This document shows, in pieces, positions 1 through 8,724 of a DNA stretch of 64,000 nt. The notes below the pieces were generated by a model, which was not told where the DNA came from, searched no databases, and saw nothing but the letters and a program-made list of their open reading frames with translations. This stretch comes from Planctomycetota bacterium (lineage in GTDB: Bacteria > Planctomycetota > UBA1135 > UBA2386). A program made the position numbers and the translations under genes. Positions within the stretch are counted from its first letter, which is position 1. Each line of letters opens with the position of its first letter. The stretch covers positions 6,704 to 70,703 of the forward strand of contig JAQCBR010000003.1 of assembly GCA_027621295.1 (NCBI GenBank). The letters are read 5' to 3'.

Positions 1-2
1 GC

Positions 3-167
3 TACTCGGGCCGCGTGCTCAAGTTCGACGAACTGCTCGCGCGCGGCCGCGACTACTGCCCGGGTATCGACACCTACACGCTGGAGTCGATGCCTCCCGC
101 GATGCCTGGAGAGGACGGGCGCTACCCAGTCCCGGTTCCGGGCCAGTACAACCCGTTCGCGGACTGA
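3..167 (+). CDS. 3' end of a probable Gfo/Idh/MocA family oxidoreductase (partial, runs off the window start)
   Basis: Frame from nt 3 reads YSGRVLKFDELLARGRDYCPGIDTYTLESMPPAMPGEDGRYPVPVPGQYNPFAD*. The YSG...PP...D.G.YPVP.PG tail resembles C-termini of PVC/Bacteroidota Gfo/Idh/MocA proteins. Not in the ORF track. Confidence 0.6.
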   Translation, partial: YSGRVLKFDELLARGRDYCPGIDTYTLESMPPAMPGEDGRYPVPVPGQYNPFAD

Positions 168-197
168 GGTCCGCGAGGCCGCACCGCCCGCTGCCCA

Positions 198-515
198 TCA
201 GTCGTTGCGGTCGCGGTGCGTGCTGCGCCAGGTGTCGTCCTGGCGCCCGGGGCTCGACTCGTCGTCGTCCCACCACCCGTAGACCAGCGCCTGGATCGGC
301 AGCGTCACGCAGTCGAGCGCGAGCGCAAAGGGCGTGGCGAGGATGCAGAACCACAGGTTCTCGACCGCTTCGCCCGGCGCCGCCTCGAGGGCCGTCTCGT
401 CCTCACCGGTGATCGGGTCTTCCTCGGCGCGGAGCTCGTAGCCCCACACGCCCGCCGTGAAGCAGCCCTGCAGGACTGCGAGCAGGAAGAGCGCGGCTGT
501 GCCGCGTCGTCGCAT
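198..515 (-). CDS. Small lipoprotein, YceK/YidQ-like
   Basis: Start re-assigned to ATG 515 (ATGA overlap with the upstream stop). MRRRGTAALFLLAVLQGC lipobox and TPFALALDCVTLP motif. Confidence 0.6.
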   Translation of the reverse strand: MRRRGTAALFLLAVLQGCFTAGVWGYELRAEEDPITGEDETALEAAPGEAVENLWFCILATPFALALDCVTLPIQALVYGWWDDDESSPGRQDDTWRSTHRDRND

Positions 516-1090
516 CACGCGTCCTTCGCGCGGCCGAGGAACTCCCCGGTCCGCGTGTCGACCGTGATCTTCACGCCCTGCTCGATGTGCTCGGGCAGCT
601 GCAGCACGAAGCCGGTCTCGAGGGTCGCGGGCTTGGTGCGCCCGGTGGCGGAGTTGCCCTTCACGCCGGGCGCGGTCTCGGTCACGTCCAGCGCCACCTT
701 GTTGGGCAGCTCGAGCGCGATCGGCGAGCCGTTGTAGAAGATGGCGCGCATCCCCTCGAGGCCCTCGACGAGGAAGTTCCGCTCCCACTCGATCTCGTCG
801 TCGCGGAGCTCGAACTGCTCGTAGCCCTCGAGGTCCATGAAGTGCGACGAACCGGTCGCCGCGTAAAGGAACTGCACCGGCTTCTTGTCGACGTCCGGCA
901 CCGCGAACATCTCGCCGCTGCGGAAGCTCTTGTCGATGCGCTGCCCGGTCTTCAGGTTGCGCATCTTGACCCTGTGGATCGTGTTGCCGCCGCGAGCGGA
1001 CGGCGACGACACCGAGGTCGCTTCGACGACGTGCGGCGCACCGTCGTAGTCGAGGATCAGGCCCTTCTCCAGGTCGCTGGTCGAGTACAT
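515..1090 (-). CDS. efpL: Elongation factor P-like protein (EfpL/YeiP subfamily)
   Basis: EF-P motifs (ETAPGVKGNSATGRTKPATLETG, VDTRTGEFLGRA). The loop is SPSARGGNT, like YeiP SPTARGAAT rather than canonical PGKG. Confidence 0.88.
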   Translation of the reverse strand: MYSTSDLEKGLILDYDGAPHVVEATSVSSPSARGGNTIHRVKMRNLKTGQRIDKSFRSGEMFAVPDVDKKPVQFLYAATGSSHFMDLEGYEQFELRDDEIEWERNFLVEGLEGMRAIFYNGSPIALELPNKVALDVTETAPGVKGNSATGRTKPATLETGFVLQLPEHIEQGVKITVDTRTGEFLGRAKDA

Positions 1091-1234
1091 GGGGCGGGGA
1101 AGCTACCCCCCGGAACCGGGACCCGCCAGCGCCCTGGCAGCCGTGCGGGGACGAGATGGGGACGCGCCCCCCCTCACTCCTGCGGATGCCCCGGTCGGTG
1201 GACGCTGGACGCTGGATCGGCTTCGATACCCAGC

Positions 1235-2089
1235 ATGAAGGCCTTCCTGACCTGCGTCGCCCTGGCTCTGGCGAGCCTCGTTCCTGCGCAGGAGAACGAG
1301 CGTGACCCCAAGCCCGAGAGGGAACTCTCCGCGCGGGAGATCGGCCGGCAGGCCGCCAAGCGGATCAAAGAGGTCGCCGACGAGAGCGACGTCGAGGCCA
1401 TCGTCGAGACGCTCCGCGAGACCGGACGTATCGACGACGTGGACGTGGTCCGCGCGGTTGGCGGGCTGATCAAGGACGAGCGGGCCGAGGTCCGCTGGGC
1501 GGCGATCCGCTGCCTCCGGTTCAACCCGAACGAGAAGGCCGGGAGCGAGCTGATCGCTGCGGCCAGGCGGAAGGAGATCGCCGCCGAGCCCGCAACCCTC
1601 GCAGAGGTCCTGCGCGGCATCGGCCAACACCGGGACCCGCGCGCGCTGCGCATGCTCGCCGAGGGCTTCGGCCCGAAGCAGGAACCGGTCCCGGTCGCAG
1701 AGGCGCGCATCGACGCGGTCGGGCGCATCCACACCGCGGACGCCGTCGACACGCTCGTCAAGTTCGCGCGTTCGGGCTTCGCAAAGGGGCTGGAGGAGCG
1801 GATCGCGGTCGCGCTCGCCGGCCAGACGGGCGAGGACCTCGGGATGGAGCTCCGCCCGTGGGTGCTGTGGTGGACCCGCTCGAAGCAGGGCTACCGATTC
1901 CCCGAAGAAGAGCGCCCCGCGCCCGCGGCATGGGCACGCATCTGGTCGACGCCGACGACCGCGGGACTGTTCTCCCGGGACGCGGTCGGCAGCGACGGAC
2001 GCCCGACCACCGGGGAGGGCGAGCGGCGCAGGCGCGGACGCGGCGAAGAGGGCGGGGGCGGCGGCGACGGACGGCGCGGCGGGGATTGA
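1235..2089 (+). CDS. Secreted HEAT-repeat protein
   Basis: Start ATG 1235. Signal peptide MKAFLTCVALALASLVPA|Q, HEAT-like segments (EVRWAAIRCL, ARIDAVGRI) and a TGEDLG...W..WW motif. Confidence 0.7.
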   Translation: MKAFLTCVALALASLVPAQENERDPKPERELSAREIGRQAAKRIKEVADESDVEAIVETLRETGRIDDVDVVRAVGGLIKDERAEVRWAAIRCLRFNPNEKAGSELIAAARRKEIAAEPATLAEVLRGIGQHRDPRALRMLAEGFGPKQEPVPVAEARIDAVGRIHTADAVDTLVKFARSGFAKGLEERIAVALAGQTGEDLGMELRPWVLWWTRSKQGYRFPEEERPAPAAWARIWSTPTTAGLFSRDAVGSDGRPTTGEGERRRRGRGEEGGGGGDGRRGGD

Positions 2090-2149
2090 GCCTCGCGCCC
2101 GGGGCTCGGGGTCGGCGATGATGAGCGGTTCGCCCGAAACCGAACCGCC

Positions 2150-3352
2150 ATGCTCCGCCTGATCCCAGCTCGCAGCCAGCGCCCGTCCGAGGACATCATC
2201 TTCACCCTCAGCACCGAGGCGCAGCGGCGCCGCGCGGCCGGCGAGTCGATCGTCAACGCGACGCTGGGTGCACTGCTCGACGAGGACGGCCGGCTCCTGG
2301 TGCTACCGACCGTGGCCCGCGCGATCCGCGAGGTGACCGACGAGGACTGGGCCGCCTACGCACCGATCTCCGGCGCGCCGGCGTTCCTCGACGCCGTGAT
2401 CACCGACTGCTTCGGGAACCGGCCGGGGTTCCGCGAGTCCGCGACCGCCGTGGCGACGACCGGAGGCACCGGCGCGCTGCGCCACGCGCTGGTCAACTAC
2501 ATCGAGGCCGGCCAAGCGCTGCTGACCACGGACTACTTCTGGGGACCCTACGCGACGCTCGCCGCCGAGCACGGCCGTCGCGTCGAGACGTTCCGGACCT
2601 TCGACGAGTCGGGCAGCCTCGACGTCGAGGCGCTCGGCGCCGGCGTCGACCGCTGCCTCGCCGCACAGGGGCGCTGTCTGCTCTTCCTCAACGATCCCTG
2701 CCACAACCCCACCGGCTACTCGATGAGCCGCACGGAGTGGGACGCGGTGACGCAGGCTCTGCTCGCGCGTGCGGACGAGGGCCCGATCACGCTGCTGATC
2801 GACCTCGCGTACTTCCTCTACGGCGCAGCCGACGATCCGCGCGGGTTCCTCGACGCGCTGGAGCCGCTCCTGGGCCGCGTCAGCCTTCTGTTCGCGTGGA
2901 GCGCTTCGAAGTCGTTCGCCCAGTACGGGCTCCGCGTCGGCGCGCTCGTCGCTTGTGAGCCCGATCCGACCGCGCGCGAGACGACCGCTGCCGCTCTGGC
3001 GTTCTCCTGCCGCGGCACCTGGTCGAACTGCAACCGCGGCGGGATGGCCGCGATCACGCGCGTGCTCACCGATCCCACTCTGAAGAGCGCCTGCGACGCA
3101 GACCGCGAGCAGGCACGCGACCTGCTGATGCGCCGCGTGCACGCGTTCAACGAGGCGGCGAAGGGGCTGAGCTACCCGCGCTACGAGGGCGGCTTCTTCG
3201 TGACCGTGTTCCACGACGACGCGGCGGCGCAGGCCGCGCGGATGCGCGAGGCCGGCGTCTTCGTCGTGCCGCTGGGCTCGGCGCTCCGGATCGCCGTCTG
3301 TTCCGTCGCCGTGCGGGACGTGCCGCGCCTCGCGGACAGCCTCCGCTCCTGA
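2150..3352 (+). CDS. PLP-dependent aminotransferase, class I/II (aspartate/aromatic type)
   Basis: TGGTGAL, HNPTGYS, DLAY and SASKSFAQYGLRVG (PLP lysine) motifs. Confidence 0.9.
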   Translation: MLRLIPARSQRPSEDIIFTLSTEAQRRRAAGESIVNATLGALLDEDGRLLVLPTVARAIREVTDEDWAAYAPISGAPAFLDAVITDCFGNRPGFRESATAVATTGGTGALRHALVNYIEAGQALLTTDYFWGPYATLAAEHGRRVETFRTFDESGSLDVEALGAGVDRCLAAQGRCLLFLNDPCHNPTGYSMSRTEWDAVTQALLARADEGPITLLIDLAYFLYGAADDPRGFLDALEPLLGRVSLLFAWSASKSFAQYGLRVGALVACEPDPTARETTAAALAFSCRGTWSNCNRGGMAAITRVLTDPTLKSACDADREQARDLLMRRVHAFNEAAKGLSYPRYEGGFFVTVFHDDAAAQAARMREAGVFVVPLGSALRIAVCSVAVRDVPRLADSLRS

Positions 3353-3385
3353 TCTGCGCCAGGCGTCGGTTAGCATCCGGGGTCC

Positions 3386-3901
3386 ATGGACCTCTACTCC
3401 TTCATCCGTGACGTCCCCGACTTCCCCAAGCCCGGCATCGTCTTCAAGGACATCACGCCGCTCCTCGGGGATCCGAAGGCCTTCGCCCACGCCATCGACG
3501 AGATGGCGCAGATGATCGAGGCCCACGACGTGCAACGCATCGTCGGCATCGAGTCCCGCGGCTTCCTGTTCGGCGCCCCGATCGCGGTCAAGCTGGGGCT
3601 CGGCTTCACGCCCGTCCGCAAGCCGCGGAAACTGCCGTGGCGGACCCGGTCGGTCGACTACGACCTCGAATACGGGACCGACACGCTCGAGATCCACGAG
3701 GACGGGGTCCAGCACGGCGAGCGGGTCGCGATCCTCGACGACCTGCTGGCGACCGGGGGCACCGCGAAGGCCGCCACCGTGCTGATCCAGGGGCTCGGCG
3801 CGACGATCGCCGGGTGCTTCTTCGCGGTGGAGCTCGGCTTCCTGCCCGGCCGAGAGCGGCTCAAGGACCATTTCGTGGATTCACTGATCCACTACGGCTG
3901 A
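3386..3901 (+). CDS. apt: Adenine phosphoribosyltransferase
   Basis: DFPKPGIVFKDITPLL, GIESRGF, YDLEYGTD and DDLLATGGT (PRPP motif). Confidence 0.97.
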   Translation: MDLYSFIRDVPDFPKPGIVFKDITPLLGDPKAFAHAIDEMAQMIEAHDVQRIVGIESRGFLFGAPIAVKLGLGFTPVRKPRKLPWRTRSVDYDLEYGTDTLEIHEDGVQHGERVAILDDLLATGGTAKAATVLIQGLGATIAGCFFAVELGFLPGRERLKDHFVDSLIHYG

Positions 3902-3996
3902 TCCGGCTCGACCCAGCTCCGACAGGGACTTGCGTCCGTCCCAGAACGAGATCGGGCGACCTTCCCGACCTCTCCGACGGAAATCCGGTTTTGCGC

Positions 3997-4024
3997 TAAA
4001 GTCCGGCGCACTCCGAGACGATTC
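3997..4024 (+). promoter_or_regulatory. Putative sigma-28 (FliA/WhiG/SigD)-type promoter
   Basis: TAAA (3997-4000), 16-nt spacer, GACGATTC (4017-4024), against the consensus TAAA-N15/16-GCCGATAA. Confidence 0.5.
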
Positions 4025-4072
4025 CTGTCTTGCCCCCGGCACCAAAGCCGGCGGTTCTTTCTCCAGCACCTG

Positions 4073-4166
4073 CTTCACGAAACGGCAAACCCGCTGAAAG
4101 GCGGGGACGCAAAGCCACGGGCCTACCGCGACGGAAGTCGCCACGGCAGCCGGTTCCCGAACGAAG
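4073..4166 (+). ncRNA. Cyclic di-GMP-I (GEMM-I) riboswitch aptamer
   Basis: CACGAAAC-GGCAAACCCGCTGAAAGGCGGGGACGCAAAGCCACGGGCCTA...GGCAGCCGGTTCCCGAA matches the GEMM-I core: GGCAAACC, GAAA-loop P2, GGACGCAAAGC, GGCCTA/GGYAGC receptor and CCGA. It lies in the 5' leader of the sigma-28 gene. Confidence 0.9.
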
Positions 4167-4290
4167 GACGCGACCAGAGGTCAACGCGTCGTCGGCCTGA
4201 GGGCCACCCAGGGAACACCAGCTGTCGAGACCGGCCCGAGCCGAGCGTCCGCCAGATCGTGGCGCGCCCCACTCGCCCTCGACTCCCAAC

Positions 4291-5151
4291 ATGGCCCGGA
4301 CCTCTGCTGCCGCCGCTCGTTCTTCCGACCCGATCGTGACCCCGGCCCCTTCGCGCCGCTACGGCTCTCGCGCTGCTGCCCCGAAGGTCAGCGAGCCCGA
4401 GCTCGACGCGATCTGGAAGACCTACAAGAAGACGGGCGACCAGAACCTCCGGAACATCCTGATGGAGGTCCACCTCCCTCTCGTCCGGATGATCGCGGAG
4501 CGCGTGCTGCAGACGCTGCCGAAGTCGATCGAGCTGGACGACCTGATGAGCGCCGGCGTCTTCGGCCTGATGGATGCGATCGACGGCTTCGACCTGAGCC
4601 GTGGCATCAAGTTCAAGACCTACTGCTCGACCCGTATTCGCGGCTCGATCCTCGACGAACTGCGCTCGCAGGACTGGGTGCCGCGCCTCGTGCGCCTCAA
4701 GGCCCACAAGCTCGACCGCGCGACGCGCGAGCTCGAGGGTCAGCTCGGCCGCACCCCGAACCAGTACGAGCTCGCGCAGGCGATGGAGATGTCGCTCGAG
4801 GAGCTCAACGCGACCGTCTCCGAGGCGAGCGCCCGCGCGATGTTCTCGCTGTCCGAGAAGTGGGACGACGGCGAGGACGACAAGGACATGGAGAAGGTCG
4901 AGATCCTCGCCGACCAGAAGTGCGAGGACCCCTTCCAGACCACCCACCAGCGCGACCTCTTCGAGGTCATGACCCGCAGCCTCACGAAGAAGGAGCGGCT
5001 CATCGTGCTGATGTATTACCACGAGGGTCTGACCATGCGGGAGATCGGCGAGATCATGGAGCTCACCGAATCGCGCGTCTGCCAGATCCACAGCAACGTG
5101 GTCGCGCGCCTGAAGGTGCAGCTCGACCAGGCCCAGCTCCAGGTCGGCTGA
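4291..5151 (+). CDS. fliA: FliA/WhiG family RNA polymerase sigma factor (sigma-28)
   Basis: DDLMSAGVFGLMDAIDGFDLSRGIKFKTYCSTRIRGSILDELRSQDWVPR and region 4 LYY..GLTMREIGEIMELTESRVCQIHS. Confidence 0.93.
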   Translation: MARTSAAAARSSDPIVTPAPSRRYGSRAAAPKVSEPELDAIWKTYKKTGDQNLRNILMEVHLPLVRMIAERVLQTLPKSIELDDLMSAGVFGLMDAIDGFDLSRGIKFKTYCSTRIRGSILDELRSQDWVPRLVRLKAHKLDRATRELEGQLGRTPNQYELAQAMEMSLEELNATVSEASARAMFSLSEKWDDGEDDKDMEKVEILADQKCEDPFQTTHQRDLFEVMTRSLTKKERLIVLMYYHEGLTMREIGEIMELTESRVCQIHSNVVARLKVQLDQAQLQVG

Positions 5152-5189
5152 GCCGACTCGGGCCGCGCGCACGAGCGCGATCGCGCCCG

Positions 5190-6275
5190 TCAGTCGCCCG
5201 CACCGAGCCGGCGCACCGGACCGCTGGACCCATCGCCCGACTGGAGAGGGCGGTGGATCGTCACGCTCCGGCCGGCTTCCTGGCCCGCGAAGAACGCGTC
5301 GGTCACCGTGCGCGTGCCCCCACCCCGCATGCGGATGCGCGGGTTGAGCCAACGGTAGTACTCGTCGAGTCGCGGGTCGCCCCTCCACACGAGCGCGGTC
5401 GCGCGGGGATCCGCGGGTCGATCCTGCTCTCGGAGCTTCCGCAGGAAGCCGTGCAGGACACCGTCGTAGAACTGGAGCCGGGGACGCTCCGTCCGGAGCG
5501 CGTTCTCGCGCTTGTGGGCGCGCCACAGCTGCGGCAGCAGCGAGCTCAGGAACGCGTGCACGTACTCGGCCATCTCGAGGTTGGCCTTCGTGCCGTAGAG
5601 GAAGAGCCTCGTGCCCCCCTTCGCCGACTCCGCGTCGTAGTCCTCGGCCCAGATCCCGCGGACGAAGAAGAAGTCCGTGAGCACGCGCGTGAGCGTGTAC
5701 TCCCACGCAGGGTGGCGCTTCCTGATCTCACCGATCCCTCGATGCTGGAACGAGCGCGTTCGGTCTTCCTGGACGATGCCGACGTTGTGCTCGAGCATCA
5801 GCGCCCGCGCCTTGCGCATCGCGGCTGCCGCTTCGTTCTCGTTGGGTGACGAACCCAGCGCCAAGAGCTTCGACACGACACGCGTCAGCCGCGCGGCGGC
5901 GTCATCGGCCGCGGCAGCGACGGCGTCCGGTCCGGAAGCGGTCGCTCGGGCCTCCACGCGGAGGATGCGGCACGCCTTCCGGAAAGCAGGGCCGTGCGGA
6001 GGCTCTCCATGCGCCACGAGGACCTCCTCGGCGAACTGGTGCGCCATCTCGTGGCGCATCGTCGACATCACGTCCTGCCATGCGTCCGTCTGGATGTGCG
6101 CCGCCGAGATCTCGATCAGCCGACGACGGCCGTCCCAGGAGCCGAGTTCCTTCGTCGTGCCTCGCGACAGCGCGATGGAGACCGGCTGCAGCTGGCCACG
6201 GCAGTACTCGTCGTTGTAGTAGCCCCACCACTCGTGGAGGGCGACGAGCCACTCGAGTTCGCGCGCATGCTCCAT
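5190..6275 (-). CDS. SprT-like zinc metalloprotease domain fused to a DUF2786-type domain
   Basis: HEMAHQ (HExxH) followed by PHGPAF, then KLLALGSSPNENEAAAAMRKARALMLEHN (DUF2786-like). Confidence 0.8.
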   Translation of the reverse strand: MEHARELEWLVALHEWWGYYNDEYCRGQLQPVSIALSRGTTKELGSWDGRRRLIEISAAHIQTDAWQDVMSTMRHEMAHQFAEEVLVAHGEPPHGPAFRKACRILRVEARATASGPDAVAAAADDAAARLTRVVSKLLALGSSPNENEAAAAMRKARALMLEHNVGIVQEDRTRSFQHRGIGEIRKRHPAWEYTLTRVLTDFFFVRGIWAEDYDAESAKGGTRLFLYGTKANLEMAEYVHAFLSSLLPQLWRAHKRENALRTERPRLQFYDGVLHGFLRKLREQDRPADPRATALVWRGDPRLDEYYRWLNPRIRMRGGGTRTVTDAFFAGQEAGRSVTIHRPLQSGDGSSGPVRRLGAGD

Positions 6276-6301
6276 GAACGGTGGATGCTAGCATCCCGCG
6301 C

Positions 6302-7411
6302 ATGGTGGCTCCGCACAGACGGAGGCGACGCGCGCGCGCCGTGACGCTCGGCGTCCTCGGCGCGCTCGTATGCGGCGAGCTGGGACTTCGCGGACTCGGC
6401 TACACGCCGCACTTCGTCAACCCGATCGCGTCGTTCCATGTCCCGGACGCGGAGATCGGACTTCGCGGGAGGCCGGGCTTCGCGGGTCGATTCGCGCAGC
6501 CGGAGTTCGACGTGCTCGTCGAGCTGGACGAAGCGGGCTTCCGCGTCGTCGAGGACTCCGAGCCCACCGGCGCAGGGGAGCCGCGACTGTTCGTGCTCGG
6601 CGACTCGTTCACCTGGGGATGGGGAGTCGATCAGGGTGATGGGTTCGTGGACCGGCTCGCGGACTCGTTCCCCGACGTCGAGGTGGGGAACCTCGGCCTG
6701 TCCGGCACCGGCACCGTCGTGGCCCACCGCCTGTTCGAGCGCCATGCGCTCGCGGCCCTGCGGGCCGGGGACGTGGTGCTGTTGGTGACGTTCGACAACG
6801 ACCTGGCCGACAACCTCGGCCGCAACCACGACCGCTGGATCCACGCCACGGTCAGCGACGGCAGGGTCACGGTCGTCCCCGCACCGCCCCAGGGGAGTTC
6901 GGGTCGCGCGAAGGACTGGTTCAAGCAGCACTCCTGCCTGTTCAACCTGGCGGCGTTCGTCGCCGACCGGTTCAAACTGGCCCGGCGGCAGGCACAGAAG
7001 GCCACCGATTCGCCGCAGCCTCGGCACACCGACGCAGAGCCGCTCGATGCGGACGAGGAGCTGGTCTTCCGGCACTACCTGACCCTCCTGCGGGACTCCG
7101 CGACTGGGCGTGGGGCCACGTTCGCCGTCGCATGCATCCCGCCGCGTGACCTCTACGAGGGAGCCGGTCCCGACGACGAAGGGCTCCGGCACCGCCACGG
7201 GCTCGTGCAGAGCGTCCCGCGCGGGCTCGGAATCCCCACACTCGACCTGCTGCCCGCCCTCTCCGAACCCGGGGATCGAGAGGATCAACCGCGCACGTTC
7301 GCGTTCGACGAGCACTGGACGGCGGCCGGACACCGGATCGCGGCCACGGCGATGGAGGACTTCCTCCGCCCGCTGCTCTCGCCGCCCCAGGACGCGGTCA
7401 AGCGCCGCTGA
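6302..7411 (+). CDS. Membrane-anchored SGNH/GDSL hydrolase family protein
   Basis: N-terminal TM (LVCGELGLR), LGDSFTWGWGV block I, NLGLSG, DNDL and DEHWTAAGH. Start ATG 6302 chosen. Confidence 0.85.
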   Translation: MVAPHRRRRRARAVTLGVLGALVCGELGLRGLGYTPHFVNPIASFHVPDAEIGLRGRPGFAGRFAQPEFDVLVELDEAGFRVVEDSEPTGAGEPRLFVLGDSFTWGWGVDQGDGFVDRLADSFPDVEVGNLGLSGTGTVVAHRLFERHALAALRAGDVVLLVTFDNDLADNLGRNHDRWIHATVSDGRVTVVPAPPQGSSGRAKDWFKQHSCLFNLAAFVADRFKLARRQAQKATDSPQPRHTDAEPLDADEELVFRHYLTLLRDSATGRGATFAVACIPPRDLYEGAGPDDEGLRHRHGLVQSVPRGLGIPTLDLLPALSEPGDREDQPRTFAFDEHWTAAGHRIAATAMEDFLRPLLSPPQDAVKRR

Positions 7412-8645
7412 CGCGGGCCGCCACGGCGGCGAGGTCGTCGGGCTCGGCCCAGTCGCACGTGTCGCTGCCGAGCGTCCCACGCGCAATGTCGATCATCTCG
7501 GACGCGATGGCGCGGAGCGTCCGGCCGTCCGGCCCGATGGCGTCGAGCCCGTCCCGGGCAGCCGCTTCGTGCAGCGCGCGCAGCGCGTCGGGGTCGTCGA
7601 CGACCAACGCGTCGGAGAGCGACGAGGCAGCCTCGAACGCGTGGTCGCAGTAGATCAGTCCCGACACGAGGGCGAGCAGCGAGCGGCACTCCGACCACGG
7701 CAGCGCGTCGAAGCAGCGCACCTCGATGTAGTTCCGCAGCCGGACGAACGGGAACAGGCTCGACAGGTGGAGCTCGACGTCCGCGACCGTGACGACGCCG
7801 GCGCGGACCAGGTCCTCGAGCGAACCTCCCGGCGCGGCCACGACGCCACCTTCCCGCTCCAGGAACAGGACCTCGGCTTCGGCGGCGTAGCGCAGGTAGC
7901 CGTCGATCGCGGTCTCCGCGTGGAGGCAGCCGGCCGGAATCCCGGACCGCGCTCGGTCGGTCTCCCACCAGACGTGGTGACGGAAGCTCGCGTAGCCGCT
8001 GTCGCGGCCGGCAACCTCGCGGGAGTTCGCGGACAGCGCCAGGAGCACCGGTGAGAAGCGGTAGAGCAGCGCGAGGCGCCGGCCCGCGTCCTCACGATCC
8101 CGAACGTCGTAGGTCAGCTGGAAGCCCGCCGTCGCGCGCATCATGTTGCGCGTCAGCGGCCCGCGCGCCGGCATGGTGGCGTCCATGATGCGGTAGCGCT
8201 CCCGCGGCAGCAGGCCGAGCTTCTCGACGGGCGTGACCGGCGCATGACCGATCGCAGCGAGTTCGAACCGCGTCCCCTCGAGTCGCCTCTCGATCGCCGC
8301 AGTCGCTTCGTCCATGCAGGCGTCGATCTCGCGCAGGCGGCGCTTGGGCGGGGATGCGACCTCCAGCTGCCCGCCCGGCTCCATCGACATCGCGAAGTGA
8401 GCGGCCTCCAGCCCCTTGACGATCGGGCCTTCGACGACGGGGGTCGCGCCGAGGTCCTCGACGAGGTCGATCATCAGCTGCCGACAGAAGTCGAGCGGAG
8501 CCGAAGCCCGGGTGGTCCGGTCCAGGAGGAGCCGCTCGTACTCGACGCCGAGAAGCCGCTCGCCGCTCGGCATCGGACGCCCGAGGACGAGTTCGCAGAG
8601 GAGCCCGTCGAGCTCTCCCGGTCGGACGGGGCTGTTGGAAGTCAT
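7398..8645 (-). CDS. Glutamate--cysteine ligase (GCS2 family, plant/EgtA-like)
   Basis: GVEYE, SMEPGGQLE, PRERYRIM, MMRATAGFQ, ANS and HLSSLFPFVRLRNYIEVRCFDA. Start ATG 8645. Confidence 0.88.
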   Translation of the reverse strand: MTSNSPVRPGELDGLLCELVLGRPMPSGERLLGVEYERLLLDRTTRASAPLDFCRQLMIDLVEDLGATPVVEGPIVKGLEAAHFAMSMEPGGQLEVASPPKRRLREIDACMDEATAAIERRLEGTRFELAAIGHAPVTPVEKLGLLPRERYRIMDATMPARGPLTRNMMRATAGFQLTYDVRDREDAGRRLALLYRFSPVLLALSANSREVAGRDSGYASFRHHVWWETDRARSGIPAGCLHAETAIDGYLRYAAEAEVLFLEREGGVVAAPGGSLEDLVRAGVVTVADVELHLSSLFPFVRLRNYIEVRCFDALPWSECRSLLALVSGLIYCDHAFEAASSLSDALVVDDPDALRALHEAAARDGLDAIGPDGRTLRAIASEMIDIARGTLGSDTCDWAEPDDLAAVAARVSGA

Positions 8646-8724
8646 GCGCGGTTGTGGCTTACAGGTCGGAGCCGGTCCGGACAACGACGGGAGCGGCCCG
8701 ACCCCCATCGCTATGCTCCCGCCC

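Noticed and set aside
4073-4166. Riboswitch as the cGAMP-sensing GEMM-Ib variant
   Set aside because: The discriminator position (nt 4084) is G rather than A, which favours c-di-GMP.
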